A stretch of DNA of 64,000 nt from Thermoplasmata archaeon (GTDB lineage Archaea > Thermoplasmatota > Thermoplasmata > Thermoplasmatales > Thermoplasmataceae): assembly GCA_021802205.1 (NCBI GenBank), contig JAKAAT010000001.1, forward strand, positions 36,986-100,985, read 5' to 3'. Positions 41,247 through 51,857 of the stretch are shown here, piece by piece. Positions within the stretch are counted from its first letter, which is position 1; each line of letters starts with the position of its first letter. The position numbers and the translations under genes were made by a program. The notes under the pieces are model-generated. The model had not been told where the DNA came from and did not search any database. It saw only the letters and a list, made by a program, of their open reading frames with translations.

Positions 41247-41364
41247 AACCTAATAACACGAAAAAGTATTTTAAATATTTGATTAACCTCATTCCCTGAT
41301 CCGGATTCTGATCATTGTGCGGATTCAACTTCAGGTTAACCACTGAAGGTACAGGTTATACATG

Positions 41365-42243
41365 TTAAAGCGCTTTGTATCTTTTTAATGAAACTTCATA
41401 TATTTCTCCCATGGAGCCCAGAGAGTTAAGTATTTCATCCACCTTTTCCCGGGGAATTCCGGCATTGGAGCATGAAATAACAATGTCATCATATTTGCAA
41501 CCAGGTCCGCTGTCGTTGTTCTTTATGTAATCAAGCAGAAATGCTTCAACGTTAACCGTTTCACCAATTGAAGGTTTTTCATCCTCCAGGGTTGACTGTT
41601 CAGATTCAATGCCATTCTCGGAAGGATTGCTTACCGGAATTGGAGATTCAAAGTTTATAGATGAAAGAGCGTTCATATACGACGTAAAATCATAGTCATG
41701 GTAACTATCCCTGGCACGTAGTGCATCATCTGCCTCTTCCTGGGAATAGCCAAGACCGGTGAGTGTCTCAGCTGTTGCATTTTCGTCCTTCAGCGCCTCT
41801 GTAATACCAAGTAATTTTCTTCTGGTAACGTATGATGTTCTAACCCCCCAGAAATATCTTTCAATATCGGAAATCTTTTTTATTAATTCCGGATTTATTG
41901 AAAAATAGAATATACCATCATCGGTTTTAAATGAACTTACCTTTCCCATTACTACTACTGTGTCACTTACATTGTATTTATCCAGTTCTTCTGCCATCTC
42001 ACTGCTGAAACCTGTTTTAAACGCAGTTAGATAGAATGACCCAAGATAATCTGCAATCGTTACCTTTACCATTCTGTCATCTGAACTTTTATAGGTTATA
42101 ATTCCTGCCAGAAGGACACGTTTAAGCTTTGTTCCCAGCGGTGTGATTATATAGGGTCTTTTTTCCTCACCCTCCAGTTTATTCGAATCTTTCAGTTCCC
42201 GTGAAAATATCCAGTAAGATGTTTCTCTTTTTGTGTACGCCAT
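41365..42243 (-). CDS. RPA-associated protein (OB fold plus C-terminal winged helix)
   Basis: ITPLG....RV...G, V.GK, PE; G.IYE at C-terminus; downstream of RPA. Confidence 0.8.
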   Translation of the reverse strand: MAYTKRETSYWIFSRELKDSNKLEGEEKRPYIITPLGTKLKRVLLAGIITYKSSDDRMVKVTIADYLGSFYLTAFKTGFSSEMAEELDKYNVSDTVVVMGKVSSFKTDDGIFYFSINPELIKKISDIERYFWGVRTSYVTRRKLLGITEALKDENATAETLTGLGYSQEEADDALRARDSYHDYDFTSYMNALSSINFESPIPVSNPSENGIESEQSTLEDEKPSIGETVNVEAFLLDYIKNNDSGPGCKYDDIVISCSNAGIPREKVDEILNSLGSMGEIYEVSLKRYKAL

Positions 42244-42252
42244 TTATATCAC

Positions 42253-43302
42253 CTATTGACTAACCCTGATATCCTTTTCAATATCTTCTTTTGTTATTGC
42301 ACTGATGGAGTTAACCCTTAATGAGAGCTCCTCCTCATTTTTAATAAAATCTGCATTAACACGCACTGCATGACCATACAGTTTATCATCCAGCATTTTA
42401 TATATCTCACCGGCAACCCTCGGCAGGTCTGCATCTTTTATTCCAAGGAATGGCATAATTGCATTTTTTCCGGCTATGCACTGTATATACTTGGTTCCGT
42501 CGTCAAGAGTGAAATATGAAAAGATATCAAGTTTTGTTGGCCTATCTGGATGATCGGGACATACTCCTGTGGACAGCGGCTTATTGCATTCACTGCAACG
42601 TTTTATAATCCCGCTTTTGGTTCCAAGGGTTATTATAAATCCCAGTATTGTTATTCCACCTGCAGGATTATCCACTTCAAATAACTTGTAATACCTTTCA
42701 AAATCCATGTCTTCCTCTTCAGGGAAAACCTCTGTTTTATCACCTATTGAAAGCTCCAGCTGTTTGTTGAATTCAGATACCTTTGCCCCCACAAGCCTGT
42801 AGATTTTTCCATTTTCCAGCTGCTGGCCAAATGAAGAGATCCTCACACGGGAAGTATCATCCTCTATGAACCCATTATATATTTTAAATGTATTCCCAGC
42901 TTTATTATATTCCTTACCGGACATATTGCTTATCTTACCTGTTACAGTAACGAAGAGATTTTTAAGGGATAGGTCCATCAATTTAGTCTCTTTATATGTC
43001 CTTTTTACCTCTATATCTTCACCGGGCTTCATGATTATTTCTGTTTTTGAGTCGAAGTATAACCTCATGCGATCATTATAAAGCTTTGATCTAGCATATT
43101 TTATCTGTACAACGTCTCCTGCCTTGATCGGTGCTGGAAATTCCCATGCAGTATAGGGAATTACTCCCGTCTCATCTCCCACAAGACCGTAATAATAGAC
43201 TGTTTCACCCTTAGAAGTTGTTATTTCTCTTTTAGACAGTGAAAGGATTTTTACCTTGATTTCTATATTGCCGGATTCTCCGTTAATTTCACTTAATTTC
43301 AT
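42253..43302 (-). CDS. rpa: Replication protein A (OB folds plus Zn finger)
   Basis: GDETG, EDDT, RCSEC...CPDH, LDDGT. Confidence 0.88.
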   Translation of the reverse strand: MKLSEINGESGNIEIKVKILSLSKREITTSKGETVYYYGLVGDETGVIPYTAWEFPAPIKAGDVVQIKYARSKLYNDRMRLYFDSKTEIIMKPGEDIEVKRTYKETKLMDLSLKNLFVTVTGKISNMSGKEYNKAGNTFKIYNGFIEDDTSRVRISSFGQQLENGKIYRLVGAKVSEFNKQLELSIGDKTEVFPEEEDMDFERYYKLFEVDNPAGGITILGFIITLGTKSGIIKRCSECNKPLSTGVCPDHPDRPTKLDIFSYFTLDDGTKYIQCIAGKNAIMPFLGIKDADLPRVAGEIYKMLDDKLYGHAVRVNADFIKNEEELSLRVNSISAITKEDIEKDIRVSQ

Positions 43303-43325
43303 TATTTCGCATCTCTTGAGTTTAT

Positions 43326-44759
43326 TTAAGAGTTTTCACAGCTGTCCGGCCATTTCAGGATAAGATTTCTAGCGGCTGCAATTTCATCTATTCTTCCAAC
43401 TGATGTATTTACAGGCGAGGATTTTATGGTATCTTCCGGTACTTCCAGGGACTTTTCCATCACATCAATATAATAATCCATATCTTTCAAGGTTACCGAT
43501 TCTGTTGGTTCAATCATCATTGCCTCTTTTACTATTAACGGAAAGTATGTAGTGGGCGAATGTATTCCGTAATCCAGTATGAATTTAGATATGTCCAGTG
43601 CTTTCCTTCCGGTTCTGGACGTGGATAATACGAATTCATGCTTCTTCAATGATTTATAAGGAATTTCAAATGATTTTGATAATTTTTTTGCCATATAATT
43701 TGAGTTCATTACTGCGCGTCTGGCATTTAAACTCAGGTTGTTTCCATTTTTCAGTGCATAAGCATATGCCCTTAGTATAACCCCGAACGACCCATTATAG
43801 GAGGATACCTTTCCGATAGTATTTTTTAGATTGTAATAAAGTGAATATTTTCCATTTTCCAGTACAACAACGGGAACCGGTAAGTATTCTCTTAGATAAG
43901 ATTTTACGGCTACTGGACCTGCTCCCGGCCCTCCACCTCCATGCGGCGTGGCAAAGGTTTTATGTAGATTAAAGTGTACTATATCAAAACCCATTATCCC
44001 CGGTGTTGTTATTCCCAATATGGCATTGAAATTTGCACCGTCATAGTAAAGTAGTGACCCGTTATTATGTATGATTTCCGCAATCTCCAGTATCTGATCG
44101 TCAAAGATTCCAAGTGTGTTGGGATTGGTAATCATGAATGCTGCTGTTCTGGGATTAACTGCAGCCTTCAGTGCTTCAATATCAACAAGACCATTATCAT
44201 TTGATGGTACCTCCACAACCTTGAAACCTACCATTGCAGCCGATGCGGGATTGGTGCCATGTGCAGAGTCTGGTATTATTATTTCGTCCCTGTTTCCGAG
44301 CTGGCCGTTGACCTCAAAAAACTTTCTCACGATCAGGATTCCGGTGAATTCCCCGTGAGCTCCTGCAGAAGGTTGCAGGGATGCATAATCCATACCGGAA
44401 ATTTTGATGAGCAGTTGCTGTAATCTGTACATGACCTCCAGTGTTCCCTGTATTCTTGATTCTGATTCCAGTGGGTGTACATTTTGAAATCCAGGAAGTG
44501 CAGCCACGTAATCTGCGTATTTCGGATTGAATTTCATTGTGCATGATCCGAGAGGGTACATCCCTATGTCAACGGAATAATTCATTTCAGACAATCTTGT
44601 AAAGTGCCTGGACACATCTACACTTCTCACATCAGGCAATTTAAGCCGCTTTCTCTTTATTGAATCTGGATATCTGTCTTCAACTTCCTCCAGGTAAAAA
44701 TCATTTCCTGTATTGAAAGAGTTCAGGAAATCCTCATCATAATGCGCCTGTTTATACAT
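43326..44759 (-). CDS. gcvPB: Glycine dehydrogenase subunit 2
   Basis: YPLGSCTMK.NP, SAHGTNPASA, HFNLHKTF.TPHGGGGPG; probable start MYKQ. Confidence 0.96.
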   Translation of the reverse strand: MYKQAHYDEDFLNSFNTGNDFYLEEVEDRYPDSIKRKRLKLPDVRSVDVSRHFTRLSEMNYSVDIGMYPLGSCTMKFNPKYADYVAALPGFQNVHPLESESRIQGTLEVMYRLQQLLIKISGMDYASLQPSAGAHGEFTGILIVRKFFEVNGQLGNRDEIIIPDSAHGTNPASAAMVGFKVVEVPSNDNGLVDIEALKAAVNPRTAAFMITNPNTLGIFDDQILEIAEIIHNNGSLLYYDGANFNAILGITTPGIMGFDIVHFNLHKTFATPHGGGGPGAGPVAVKSYLREYLPVPVVVLENGKYSLYYNLKNTIGKVSSYNGSFGVILRAYAYALKNGNNLSLNARRAVMNSNYMAKKLSKSFEIPYKSLKKHEFVLSTSRTGRKALDISKFILDYGIHSPTTYFPLIVKEAMMIEPTESVTLKDMDYYIDVMEKSLEVPEDTIKSSPVNTSVGRIDEIAAARNLILKWPDSCENS

Positions 44760-44760
44760 T

Positions 44761-46062
44761 TTATTCACCTGTAATTTTTGCCAGTCTGCTAATGCTCTCA
44801 TCCGAAGTTTTTTCAGTAACAGAAAAGAATGCAGAATTTTTATAGCCAGGATAATCTGAAAGTTCTGACAACTTTATACCGCCTGATATATTGCTTCGTA
44901 TGAGTTTCTCCTGGCCGTCAAAATAAAATAAATTATCAGAAAAATTAATTCCTTTGAATACGGTGTTGATTCCTGCATTATAAAGTTCTTTCTTAAGTTT
45001 GATGCTTTTATTCATTGTGATCAAAGCCAGCTTCTTCATACCGTTTGATCCAAGAATTGAAAGATAAGCAAGTGATGCCACCGCCAGGAGTGCTTGATTA
45101 GAACAGATATTGCTCATTGCCCTTGACCGTCTTATATGCTGCTCCCTTGCCTGAAGAGTCATAACAAATGCTTTCCTGCCGCTATTATCCTTTGAAAGCC
45201 CTATAAGCCTTCCCGGTGACCGGTGAACATATTCTTTTCGGAAAGAGAATAGACCCAGTAATGGGCCTCCATAATTCATATGTATGCCAAGTTGCTGTCC
45301 TTCAGCCACTGCAATATCGGTTCCATATTCTCCTGGTGATTTAATCAGACCCAGGGAAACAGGATCATAATAAGTTATTAACAGCGCTTCTTTCTTGAAT
45401 TCACTAACAGTAAATGCATTCTCATCTATGAGGCCGAATAGGTTGGGGTTGGCAACGATTATTGAAGATGTGTGATCGGATATTTTAGATTTCAAATCCT
45501 CCATGTCAATTAATCCATCCTTACCGAATTTATATTTTATTATTTTTAAATTTAGACCGATCACATAGTTTTGAATTATACTTAACTGGCTTCTGTATAT
45601 ATTTTCTGGGACAAGAACCTCTTCCTTTCCGTTAATCCTGTATGCCATCCTCACTGCCTCAGCCAGCGCGGTAAACCCATCATACATGGAGGAATTGGTC
45701 ACATCCATCTGGGTAAGATCTGAAATAACACTCTGATATTCAAACAGGGAATGCAATATTCCCTGTGAAATCTCTGGCTGGTATGGTGTATAGGATGTCA
45801 AAAACTCATTTCGCCCTATGATTTCATCAACCAAGGGAGGGATAAATCTATCGTATATACCGTTTCCCAGAAAATTCATAGCAGGAGAAACATTATTTGA
45901 ACATGATTTTTCAATGGATGTAATAAGAGAAAATTCGTCCATTGGTAATCCCAGATCAAGGGATACTCTCAGTTTTTGTGGTATATCGGCGAATAATTCC
46001 TCATCATTTTTTATATTGAGATACTGCAGTATTTCATCTGTTTCGGTCATCTTAACTGCCAT
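44761..46062 (-). CDS. gcvPA: Glycine dehydrogenase subunit 1
   Basis: TSYTPYQPEISQG, NSSMYDG, LQAREQHIRR, SNICSNQAL. Confidence 0.96.
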   Translation of the reverse strand: MAVKMTETDEILQYLNIKNDEELFADIPQKLRVSLDLGLPMDEFSLITSIEKSCSNNVSPAMNFLGNGIYDRFIPPLVDEIIGRNEFLTSYTPYQPEISQGILHSLFEYQSVISDLTQMDVTNSSMYDGFTALAEAVRMAYRINGKEEVLVPENIYRSQLSIIQNYVIGLNLKIIKYKFGKDGLIDMEDLKSKISDHTSSIIVANPNLFGLIDENAFTVSEFKKEALLITYYDPVSLGLIKSPGEYGTDIAVAEGQQLGIHMNYGGPLLGLFSFRKEYVHRSPGRLIGLSKDNSGRKAFVMTLQAREQHIRRSRAMSNICSNQALLAVASLAYLSILGSNGMKKLALITMNKSIKLKKELYNAGINTVFKGINFSDNLFYFDGQEKLIRSNISGGIKLSELSDYPGYKNSAFFSVTEKTSDESISRLAKITGE

Positions 46063-46207
46063 TATTATAGAATATTTAACATTTTAGTGCTTCTACAATG
46101 TTGTTCCTTATTTAGTCTACAGGAAACACATAAGGACAGAACTTAAAAATATAATATTGTTATTATATTAATCTGATACTTCTATATTACTATAATTTAT
46201 GAAATGA

Positions 46208-46837
46208 TCATCTGAGTTCTCCAAATTTTATAAGGTTATTGTAAACGAGTAAAGATGTTTCATATCCTATTTCTGTGAGTCTACCGGCATAATCATATTT
46301 CTTCTCCCTATTTATTACAAAAATGCTCAGAGTATCTGTGGATGTTCCAGGAGACACTATTCCTGTCATTATGTCACGTATATTCATATCATTTAATGCT
46401 TGCACCTTTGCTTCAATGCAGGTCTGATATAGATTAATAGCGCCGGAATCAGTCAAAGGATAGTCGGTAATGACACACATATTTATGGTACCGGGTTTAC
46501 CGTACTTGTTTCCAATGGAGATAGCATTGTCAAATCCGGCCGTTATTGTTGCCTGAACGAAATAGTTGCCTACGGAGACATTCTCCATTTGATATTTTTG
46601 TATATCGACGGAGGTCATGTTAACCGTTAATTCGCTGCTCAGATTATTTTTTGTAAGAAACGATTTTACATATTCATATATATCGAAATTATAGTTATTT
46701 TCCACATGCATATTTAGATAACCTTGAGAGGTGCCAATTCCACCTCTATAGGGAGCTGAACTGTATTTCCTCGCTACATGATTAAATTCTATAAGATAAA
46801 ATTCATTATAGATGCTAAATTTTGGTTTTGCTCTCAT
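46208..46837 (-). CDS. cbiZ: Adenosylcobinamide amidohydrolase CbiZ-like
   Basis: SSA...GG, TAG..NA, GTIN, EAK..AL, GTSTD; divergent from a Btu-type ABC importer. Confidence 0.82.
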   Translation of the reverse strand: MRAKPKFSIYNEFYLIEFNHVARKYSSAPYRGGIGTSQGYLNMHVENNYNFDIYEYVKSFLTKNNLSSELTVNMTSVDIQKYQMENVSVGNYFVQATITAGFDNAISIGNKYGKPGTINMCVITDYPLTDSGAINLYQTCIEAKVQALNDMNIRDIMTGIVSPGTSTDTLSIFVINREKKYDYAGRLTEIGYETSLLVYNNLIKFGELR

Positions 46838-46913
46838 AATTGCATATTAAGTTCAGGCTCTTTTATTCTATTATAAAGTGAACTTTAATAAAATTAAGTA
46901 AACTTTAAAAATA

Positions 46914-47921
46914 ATGATTTACTGTACACCCATGGATAAGCCGTTCAAATTAATAGTGATCGTGATAGTTGCAATTATTGTGGTTCTATCTGGGATTTAT
47001 GTTGTAGAGGTTTATGGTTATCATCCAAAAATCAAAGAAGGTGTAGAACTTACAGTTAATTCCAATGTCACCGGACTACATTTCAATAAAATTGTATCAC
47101 TTGATCCAAGTGTAACAGCTACACTCTATGCAATAGGCGCAATTAAGGATGTTGCCGGGATTTATGCATACCCTGGTCTATGGCCAGGGTCCAATGTAAC
47201 GGGCAATATAACAGAAGTATCCGCATATCCCAACATGAACGTCGAAGAAATACTTAACTTAAGTCCACAGGCAGTAATATCGTTCTCTGATTATAAGCAA
47301 TCGCAGATCAATGAATTATTAAATGCAGGAATAGATTATATATTTCTATCATCTGGTGCAAATACAACATTCCATATTATTGAGAAGCAGGATACATTTC
47401 TCGGGGAAATTACCGGGAATTCAAAAAACGCCACCATTCTAAATAACTGGATAAATAGTTCTCTAAATGACTTTCAAAAAAATATAACTGTTCAAAACAA
47501 AACAGCAATGTATGCAATGTGTGTTTATGATGGAAAAACTTATACAGCCGGAAATAACACATTTATTGCATCAATGATGAAATATTCGCATTTAATAAAC
47601 ATTGCAAATGGTTCAAGCTTTTACCAGATATCCAATGAGGTTATAGTGAGCAAAAATATTTCCACACTTATACTTGGCCCATCATTTAACACTACATATT
47701 TGTATGGAACGCCTTATAACCGAACCTATGCTGTTGTCCATGATAAATATTATATGGCTTTTAGCTATAATATATTTGCAGAGCCTAACTTCAGAAATAT
47801 ATACGCAATTCAATGGATGATTTCAAGTGTATTCAATGAAAATGTTACAATTCCACCATTTCCATTTCATTTAAATGATAGTCCCGAACCGGGAGCGGTG
47901 ATCGGTATTGAAAATAGTTAA
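46914..47921 (+). CDS. ABC substrate-binding protein, BtuF/Fe-siderophore class
   Basis: N-terminal TM, IVSLDPSVT.TLYAIG, N.EEI..L.P, AG.NTFI. Confidence 0.85.
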   Translation: MIYCTPMDKPFKLIVIVIVAIIVVLSGIYVVEVYGYHPKIKEGVELTVNSNVTGLHFNKIVSLDPSVTATLYAIGAIKDVAGIYAYPGLWPGSNVTGNITEVSAYPNMNVEEILNLSPQAVISFSDYKQSQINELLNAGIDYIFLSSGANTTFHIIEKQDTFLGEITGNSKNATILNNWINSSLNDFQKNITVQNKTAMYAMCVYDGKTYTAGNNTFIASMMKYSHLINIANGSSFYQISNEVIVSKNISTLILGPSFNTTYLYGTPYNRTYAVVHDKYYMAFSYNIFAEPNFRNIYAIQWMISSVFNENVTIPPFPFHLNDSPEPGAVIGIENS

Positions 47922-48939
47922 CAGTAAAACTTATTTTTATTTCGTGGCATCTACACTTGCACTACTTGCATCTTTTATCATATCTCTTGATATTGGTCCT
48001 GTAAAAATACCTGTTTCTGATGTGATTAAATCCGTGCTGGAACAGTTTGGGTTTTACAGCAACGTCAAATTATCAGATTACATTATCGTTACCCAGCTGA
48101 GGGAACCTGAAACCGTCGGTGCCGCTGCCGTTGGAGCATCACTGGGGGTTGGAGGTGCAGTAATACAGAGCATATTTAGGAATCCTATTTCCGAGCCTTA
48201 TATCACTGGGGTATCAAGTGGTGCAACACTTGGAGCAGTGGTTGCTATTGTTTTCGGTCTAACTATCTTCGGAATTCTTACACTCCCATTATTAGCTTTT
48301 ATCTTTGCAGTTATTGTGGTAGCCCTTGTCTATACCATTTCAATCAGAAATGGCAGGGCGCCTCCCCTGGTATTGCTGCTTTCAGGCATAGCAATATCTT
48401 TATTTGTTTCCTCCTTTGTTGCTCTTCTACTTTACTCGAGGCCAAAATATATTAATTCACTGTTTTTCTGGCTCCTCGGTTCTTTATCCGGCATTTCATG
48501 GTCCGATGATTCCATAGTTGTTCCACTGGTAATCTTTACATCGATTGCTCTGTTTTTTATGTATAGGCAGTTAAATGCATTACAGTTAGGAGATGTATAT
48601 GCCAGATCGGCTGGAATAAATGTCGAAAAATCTAAACTAATATCCATGGGATTGACCACTGTTTCAGTTGCTGCCTGCGTTTCAATTTCCGGACTGATAG
48701 GCTTTGTGGGACTCATATTTCCACATGTTTCCAGGATGATTTACGGAGGATCAAATAAATATGTAATACCATCATCGGCTATTCTCGGAGCAACATTTTT
48801 AATCATTGCCAATGATATAGCACACATGATCATTATCGGCGAGGTAATACCGGTAGGGATAATAACCGGAATTATAGGTGTTCCTTTTTTCATGATCTTA
48901 ATGACTAGGATTTCAAAGCGGGGTTATTATAATGCTTGA
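47908..48939 (+). CDS. ABC permease, BtuC/FecCD family
   Basis: Q..FRNP..EPY..GVSSGA, WLLGSL, G.IGFVGL..PH, IPVG. Confidence 0.92.
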   Translation: MKIVNSKTYFYFVASTLALLASFIISLDIGPVKIPVSDVIKSVLEQFGFYSNVKLSDYIIVTQLREPETVGAAAVGASLGVGGAVIQSIFRNPISEPYITGVSSGATLGAVVAIVFGLTIFGILTLPLLAFIFAVIVVALVYTISIRNGRAPPLVLLLSGIAISLFVSSFVALLLYSRPKYINSLFFWLLGSLSGISWSDDSIVVPLVIFTSIALFFMYRQLNALQLGDVYARSAGINVEKSKLISMGLTTVSVAACVSISGLIGFVGLIFPHVSRMIYGGSNKYVIPSSAILGATFLIIANDIAHMIIIGEVIPVGIITGIIGVPFFMILMTRISKRGYYNA

Positions 48940-49681
48940 ACTCAAGGATATATCATTTAAAAGAGGGGCTCTGAATATAGGGCCAATAAATTTTTCCCTG
49001 AATCATAGTGAAATTGTAACAATATGTGGTAAAAATGGTTCTGGGAAAACATCAACGCTCCTTGCAATTAACAGGGAAATAAGGCCTGAATCTGGGGAAA
49101 TCCTTATAGATAATAAGAGTCTTAAAACGTTGAATACCAGCGAAATTTCAAGATATACAGGTTATGTTCAGCAGGAGTTGCCTGAACCACTGGGATTGAA
49201 TGTTAGAGATATTATGGAAATTAATGGTTTCACTAGAAAATATGATTATCAGGATCTATATAATTCAATGAAAATGTGTGGTGTTGAAAATTTTATCAAC
49301 CGTGATTACTCCAGCTTGAGTGGTGGGGAAAAAAGAATGATTATGATTGCTGCTGTAATATACCAGAATCCTGAATACATTATACTTGATGAACCATCCT
49401 CCTTTCTCGATATCGATAAAATTAACCTTCTAGTAAAAATACTTAAAAATTTGAAGAATGCTGGGAAAGGTATACTGCTTGTTCTGCATGACATAAACCT
49501 CGCTTACAATATTTCTGATTCCATTATTTTAATGAAAGAGGGAGAAATTTTGTCTTATGGTTCAAAGGACGTAGCCATAAATATAAAAAATCTTGAAATA
49601 GCTTATGATGCAAAATTTGACAGGTATATGTCTCCGGAAGGTCTTAGATTTTATCCTACGGAGTTCGGGCAAATCCATTAA
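48932..49681 (+). CDS. ABC ATPase, BtuD/FecE family
   Basis: GKNGSGKT, LSGGE, LDEP, VLHDINLA. Confidence 0.92.
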   Translation: MLELKDISFKRGALNIGPINFSLNHSEIVTICGKNGSGKTSTLLAINREIRPESGEILIDNKSLKTLNTSEISRYTGYVQQELPEPLGLNVRDIMEINGFTRKYDYQDLYNSMKMCGVENFINRDYSSLSGGEKRMIMIAAVIYQNPEYIILDEPSSFLDIDKINLLVKILKNLKNAGKGILLVLHDINLAYNISDSIILMKEGEILSYGSKDVAINIKNLEIAYDAKFDRYMSPEGLRFYPTEFGQIH

Positions 49682-49802
49682 GACTATTAAAAAGTTATTA
49701 GTGCTGCAGGGTTATTATAAATCATGGATTAATATTATCTATTTGCAGCAATGAGATAACTGACATTTTTTCTGACAATCTTTATTTATAAGTAGTTTTC
49801 AT

Positions 49803-51338
49803 ATGGTAATTATGATACCAAAGACTATGTCCACACAGCATCCGGACAATGCAAAGATGCCGCAATGGGCAAGCGGTAAAAATATAATATCGAATGAAGA
49901 TGAAATAGAGGAGGCATACATAGCATACAGGGATTTTGGTATAAAGGAGGTTATGTGGGATGCGGAGGGAAAGGATGTGGATACCCATGTCATAAGAAAA
50001 TTGTTTTCAAAAAACAGGGAATTCTTTGATAAAAATGTTCTAGGTAGGGATATTTTTTTGACATACAGGGTACCTAATCCCCTTATAGAGGGTGCAGAGA
50101 GGAAAATATTGAATGAGACCTTAAACAGCATACCACTGAACTACGATGTGGCCAACAGGGTTTTTAACCGGGATATTGCACCTGTATTTGAGGTAATTCT
50201 TCCATTTACAACAGATTACAAAAGTATGCTAAATGTGGTCAAGTTTTATGAAAAAGGCATTGTGAACACTGAAAATATTGAACTGTATGATAATGTTCAT
50301 GTGAAGGACATTACAGGAAAGGTGTTGCCGGAAAAAATAAATCTTATACCGTTAATAGAAGACAAGGATTCCATATTCAGTATTCAATCCATAATAGAAA
50401 AATACAGTGAAATCATAAAACCGGAATATATGAGGATATTTATTGCAAGATCCGATCCTGCAATGAACTACGGTATGCTGCCTGCTACACTACTAGCGAA
50501 ATATGCCATATCTGGTATGCAGAAAATTTCACAAAAATCCGGGATTGAGCTTTATCCTATAATAGGTGCCGGATCGTCACCGTTTCGTGGAAATCTTGGC
50601 CCTGACTCTATTAAAAAGGCTCTAAGTGAATATGATTCTTATTATACGTTTTCAGTGCAATCTGCCTTCAGGTATGATTATGATGACATTTCAGTGAAAA
50701 ATGCTGTTTCCATGATTAATTCCCATAAACCGGGCAATCCAGAAATATTTAATATGCAGATGGAGGAAGATATAAAAGCCATAATAAATTCGTATTCATC
50801 AAGGTTCCAAAAGATAATAGAGGGAATAGCCCGACCAATAAATGATGTCGCCGCGTATCTCCCAAAGAGGAGGACAAGAAAATTGCATACTGGTCTTTTC
50901 GGGTATTCAAGGAGTACTGGAGATGCCAGATTGCCCAGGGCTATAGCATTTGTAGGAGCTCTTTATTCTATTGGTATACCCCCGGAAATACTTGGAATGT
51001 CCATGCTCAGCGGAATGCCAGAGAGGTATCATAAACTAGTCGATGAACTTTATAAAAATCTCTATTTTGATATACGTTCCAGTGCAAGATATTTCAATTA
51101 CGAGTCACTGAATTACTTAAAAGAAATATGGAAGGTGGATACAGGAATAATACAAATGATAAAAGAGGATATGAATTATATAGAAGATAATATGGGAGTA
51201 TCGACCGAAAATTCTTACAGTGTTCAAAAACACAATATATTTTCTACACTGTTCCTGCTGGCATTCAAGAATAAAAAATTTGACGAAGTTGAGAAATATG
51301 CATACGAAATGTCACTTCTCAGAAAATTTGTGGGTTAG
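49803..51338 (+). CDS. ppcA: Archaeal-type phosphoenolpyruvate carboxylase
   Basis: IP.TMSTQHPDN, MWD.EGK, ARSDPA.NYG, PFRG, LPRAI.F. Confidence 0.95.
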   Translation: MVIMIPKTMSTQHPDNAKMPQWASGKNIISNEDEIEEAYIAYRDFGIKEVMWDAEGKDVDTHVIRKLFSKNREFFDKNVLGRDIFLTYRVPNPLIEGAERKILNETLNSIPLNYDVANRVFNRDIAPVFEVILPFTTDYKSMLNVVKFYEKGIVNTENIELYDNVHVKDITGKVLPEKINLIPLIEDKDSIFSIQSIIEKYSEIIKPEYMRIFIARSDPAMNYGMLPATLLAKYAISGMQKISQKSGIELYPIIGAGSSPFRGNLGPDSIKKALSEYDSYYTFSVQSAFRYDYDDISVKNAVSMINSHKPGNPEIFNMQMEEDIKAIINSYSSRFQKIIEGIARPINDVAAYLPKRRTRKLHTGLFGYSRSTGDARLPRAIAFVGALYSIGIPPEILGMSMLSGMPERYHKLVDELYKNLYFDIRSSARYFNYESLNYLKEIWKVDTGIIQMIKEDMNYIEDNMGVSTENSYSVQKHNIFSTLFLLAFKNKKFDEVEKYAYEMSLLRKFVG

Positions 51339-51373
51339 GATAAAGAGAATGCTAAAAATAAATAACTGAAACC

Positions 51374-51832
51374 GTGGAACTTATAAATAAATTAATGATA
51401 TATTTGATAATGATTAGATATCCGAGAGTAGCAGTTGGTGGAATTATTATAAAAGAGAAAAAAATACTTCTAGTACTGAGACGCGATGAGCCTGACAGAA
51501 ATAAATGGGCTATACCCGGGGGAAAACTTGAACTAAATGAAACGATTGAAGAAGGCCTGAAACGGGAAATGAAAGAGGAACTTTCCGTGGATATCGAGGT
51601 TAGAGAACTGGCCGGCATTTCTGAATTTATTTCATTAAACTTTCATTATATCATAATAGATTATATATGCAATCCTTTAGGTGAAAACATAAAAACCGGT
51701 TCAGATGCACTGGATGCTGCATATTTTGATCTGGAAAACCTTGGAAATACCGTAAATGATAGTACAAGAGAATTTATTAAAAAACTGAATAGTTCAGAAA
51801 AACCTGTTCATATAATTAATAGAAAATTCTGA
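51374..51832 (+). CDS. NUDIX hydrolase
   Basis: PGGKLELNETIEEGLKREMKEEL Nudix box. Confidence 0.92.
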   Translation: MELINKLMIYLIMIRYPRVAVGGIIIKEKKILLVLRRDEPDRNKWAIPGGKLELNETIEEGLKREMKEELSVDIEVRELAGISEFISLNFHYIIIDYICNPLGENIKTGSDALDAAYFDLENLGNTVNDSTREFIKKLNSSEKPVHIINRKF

Positions 51833-51857
51833 TTTTTAAAAATATTTAAAAATTAAT

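Noticed and set aside
46085-46145. Imperfect hairpin (TCCTTAT...ATAAGGA) near cbiZ as a cobalamin riboswitch
   Set aside because: It lies downstream of cbiZ, is too short and lacks B12-box features.
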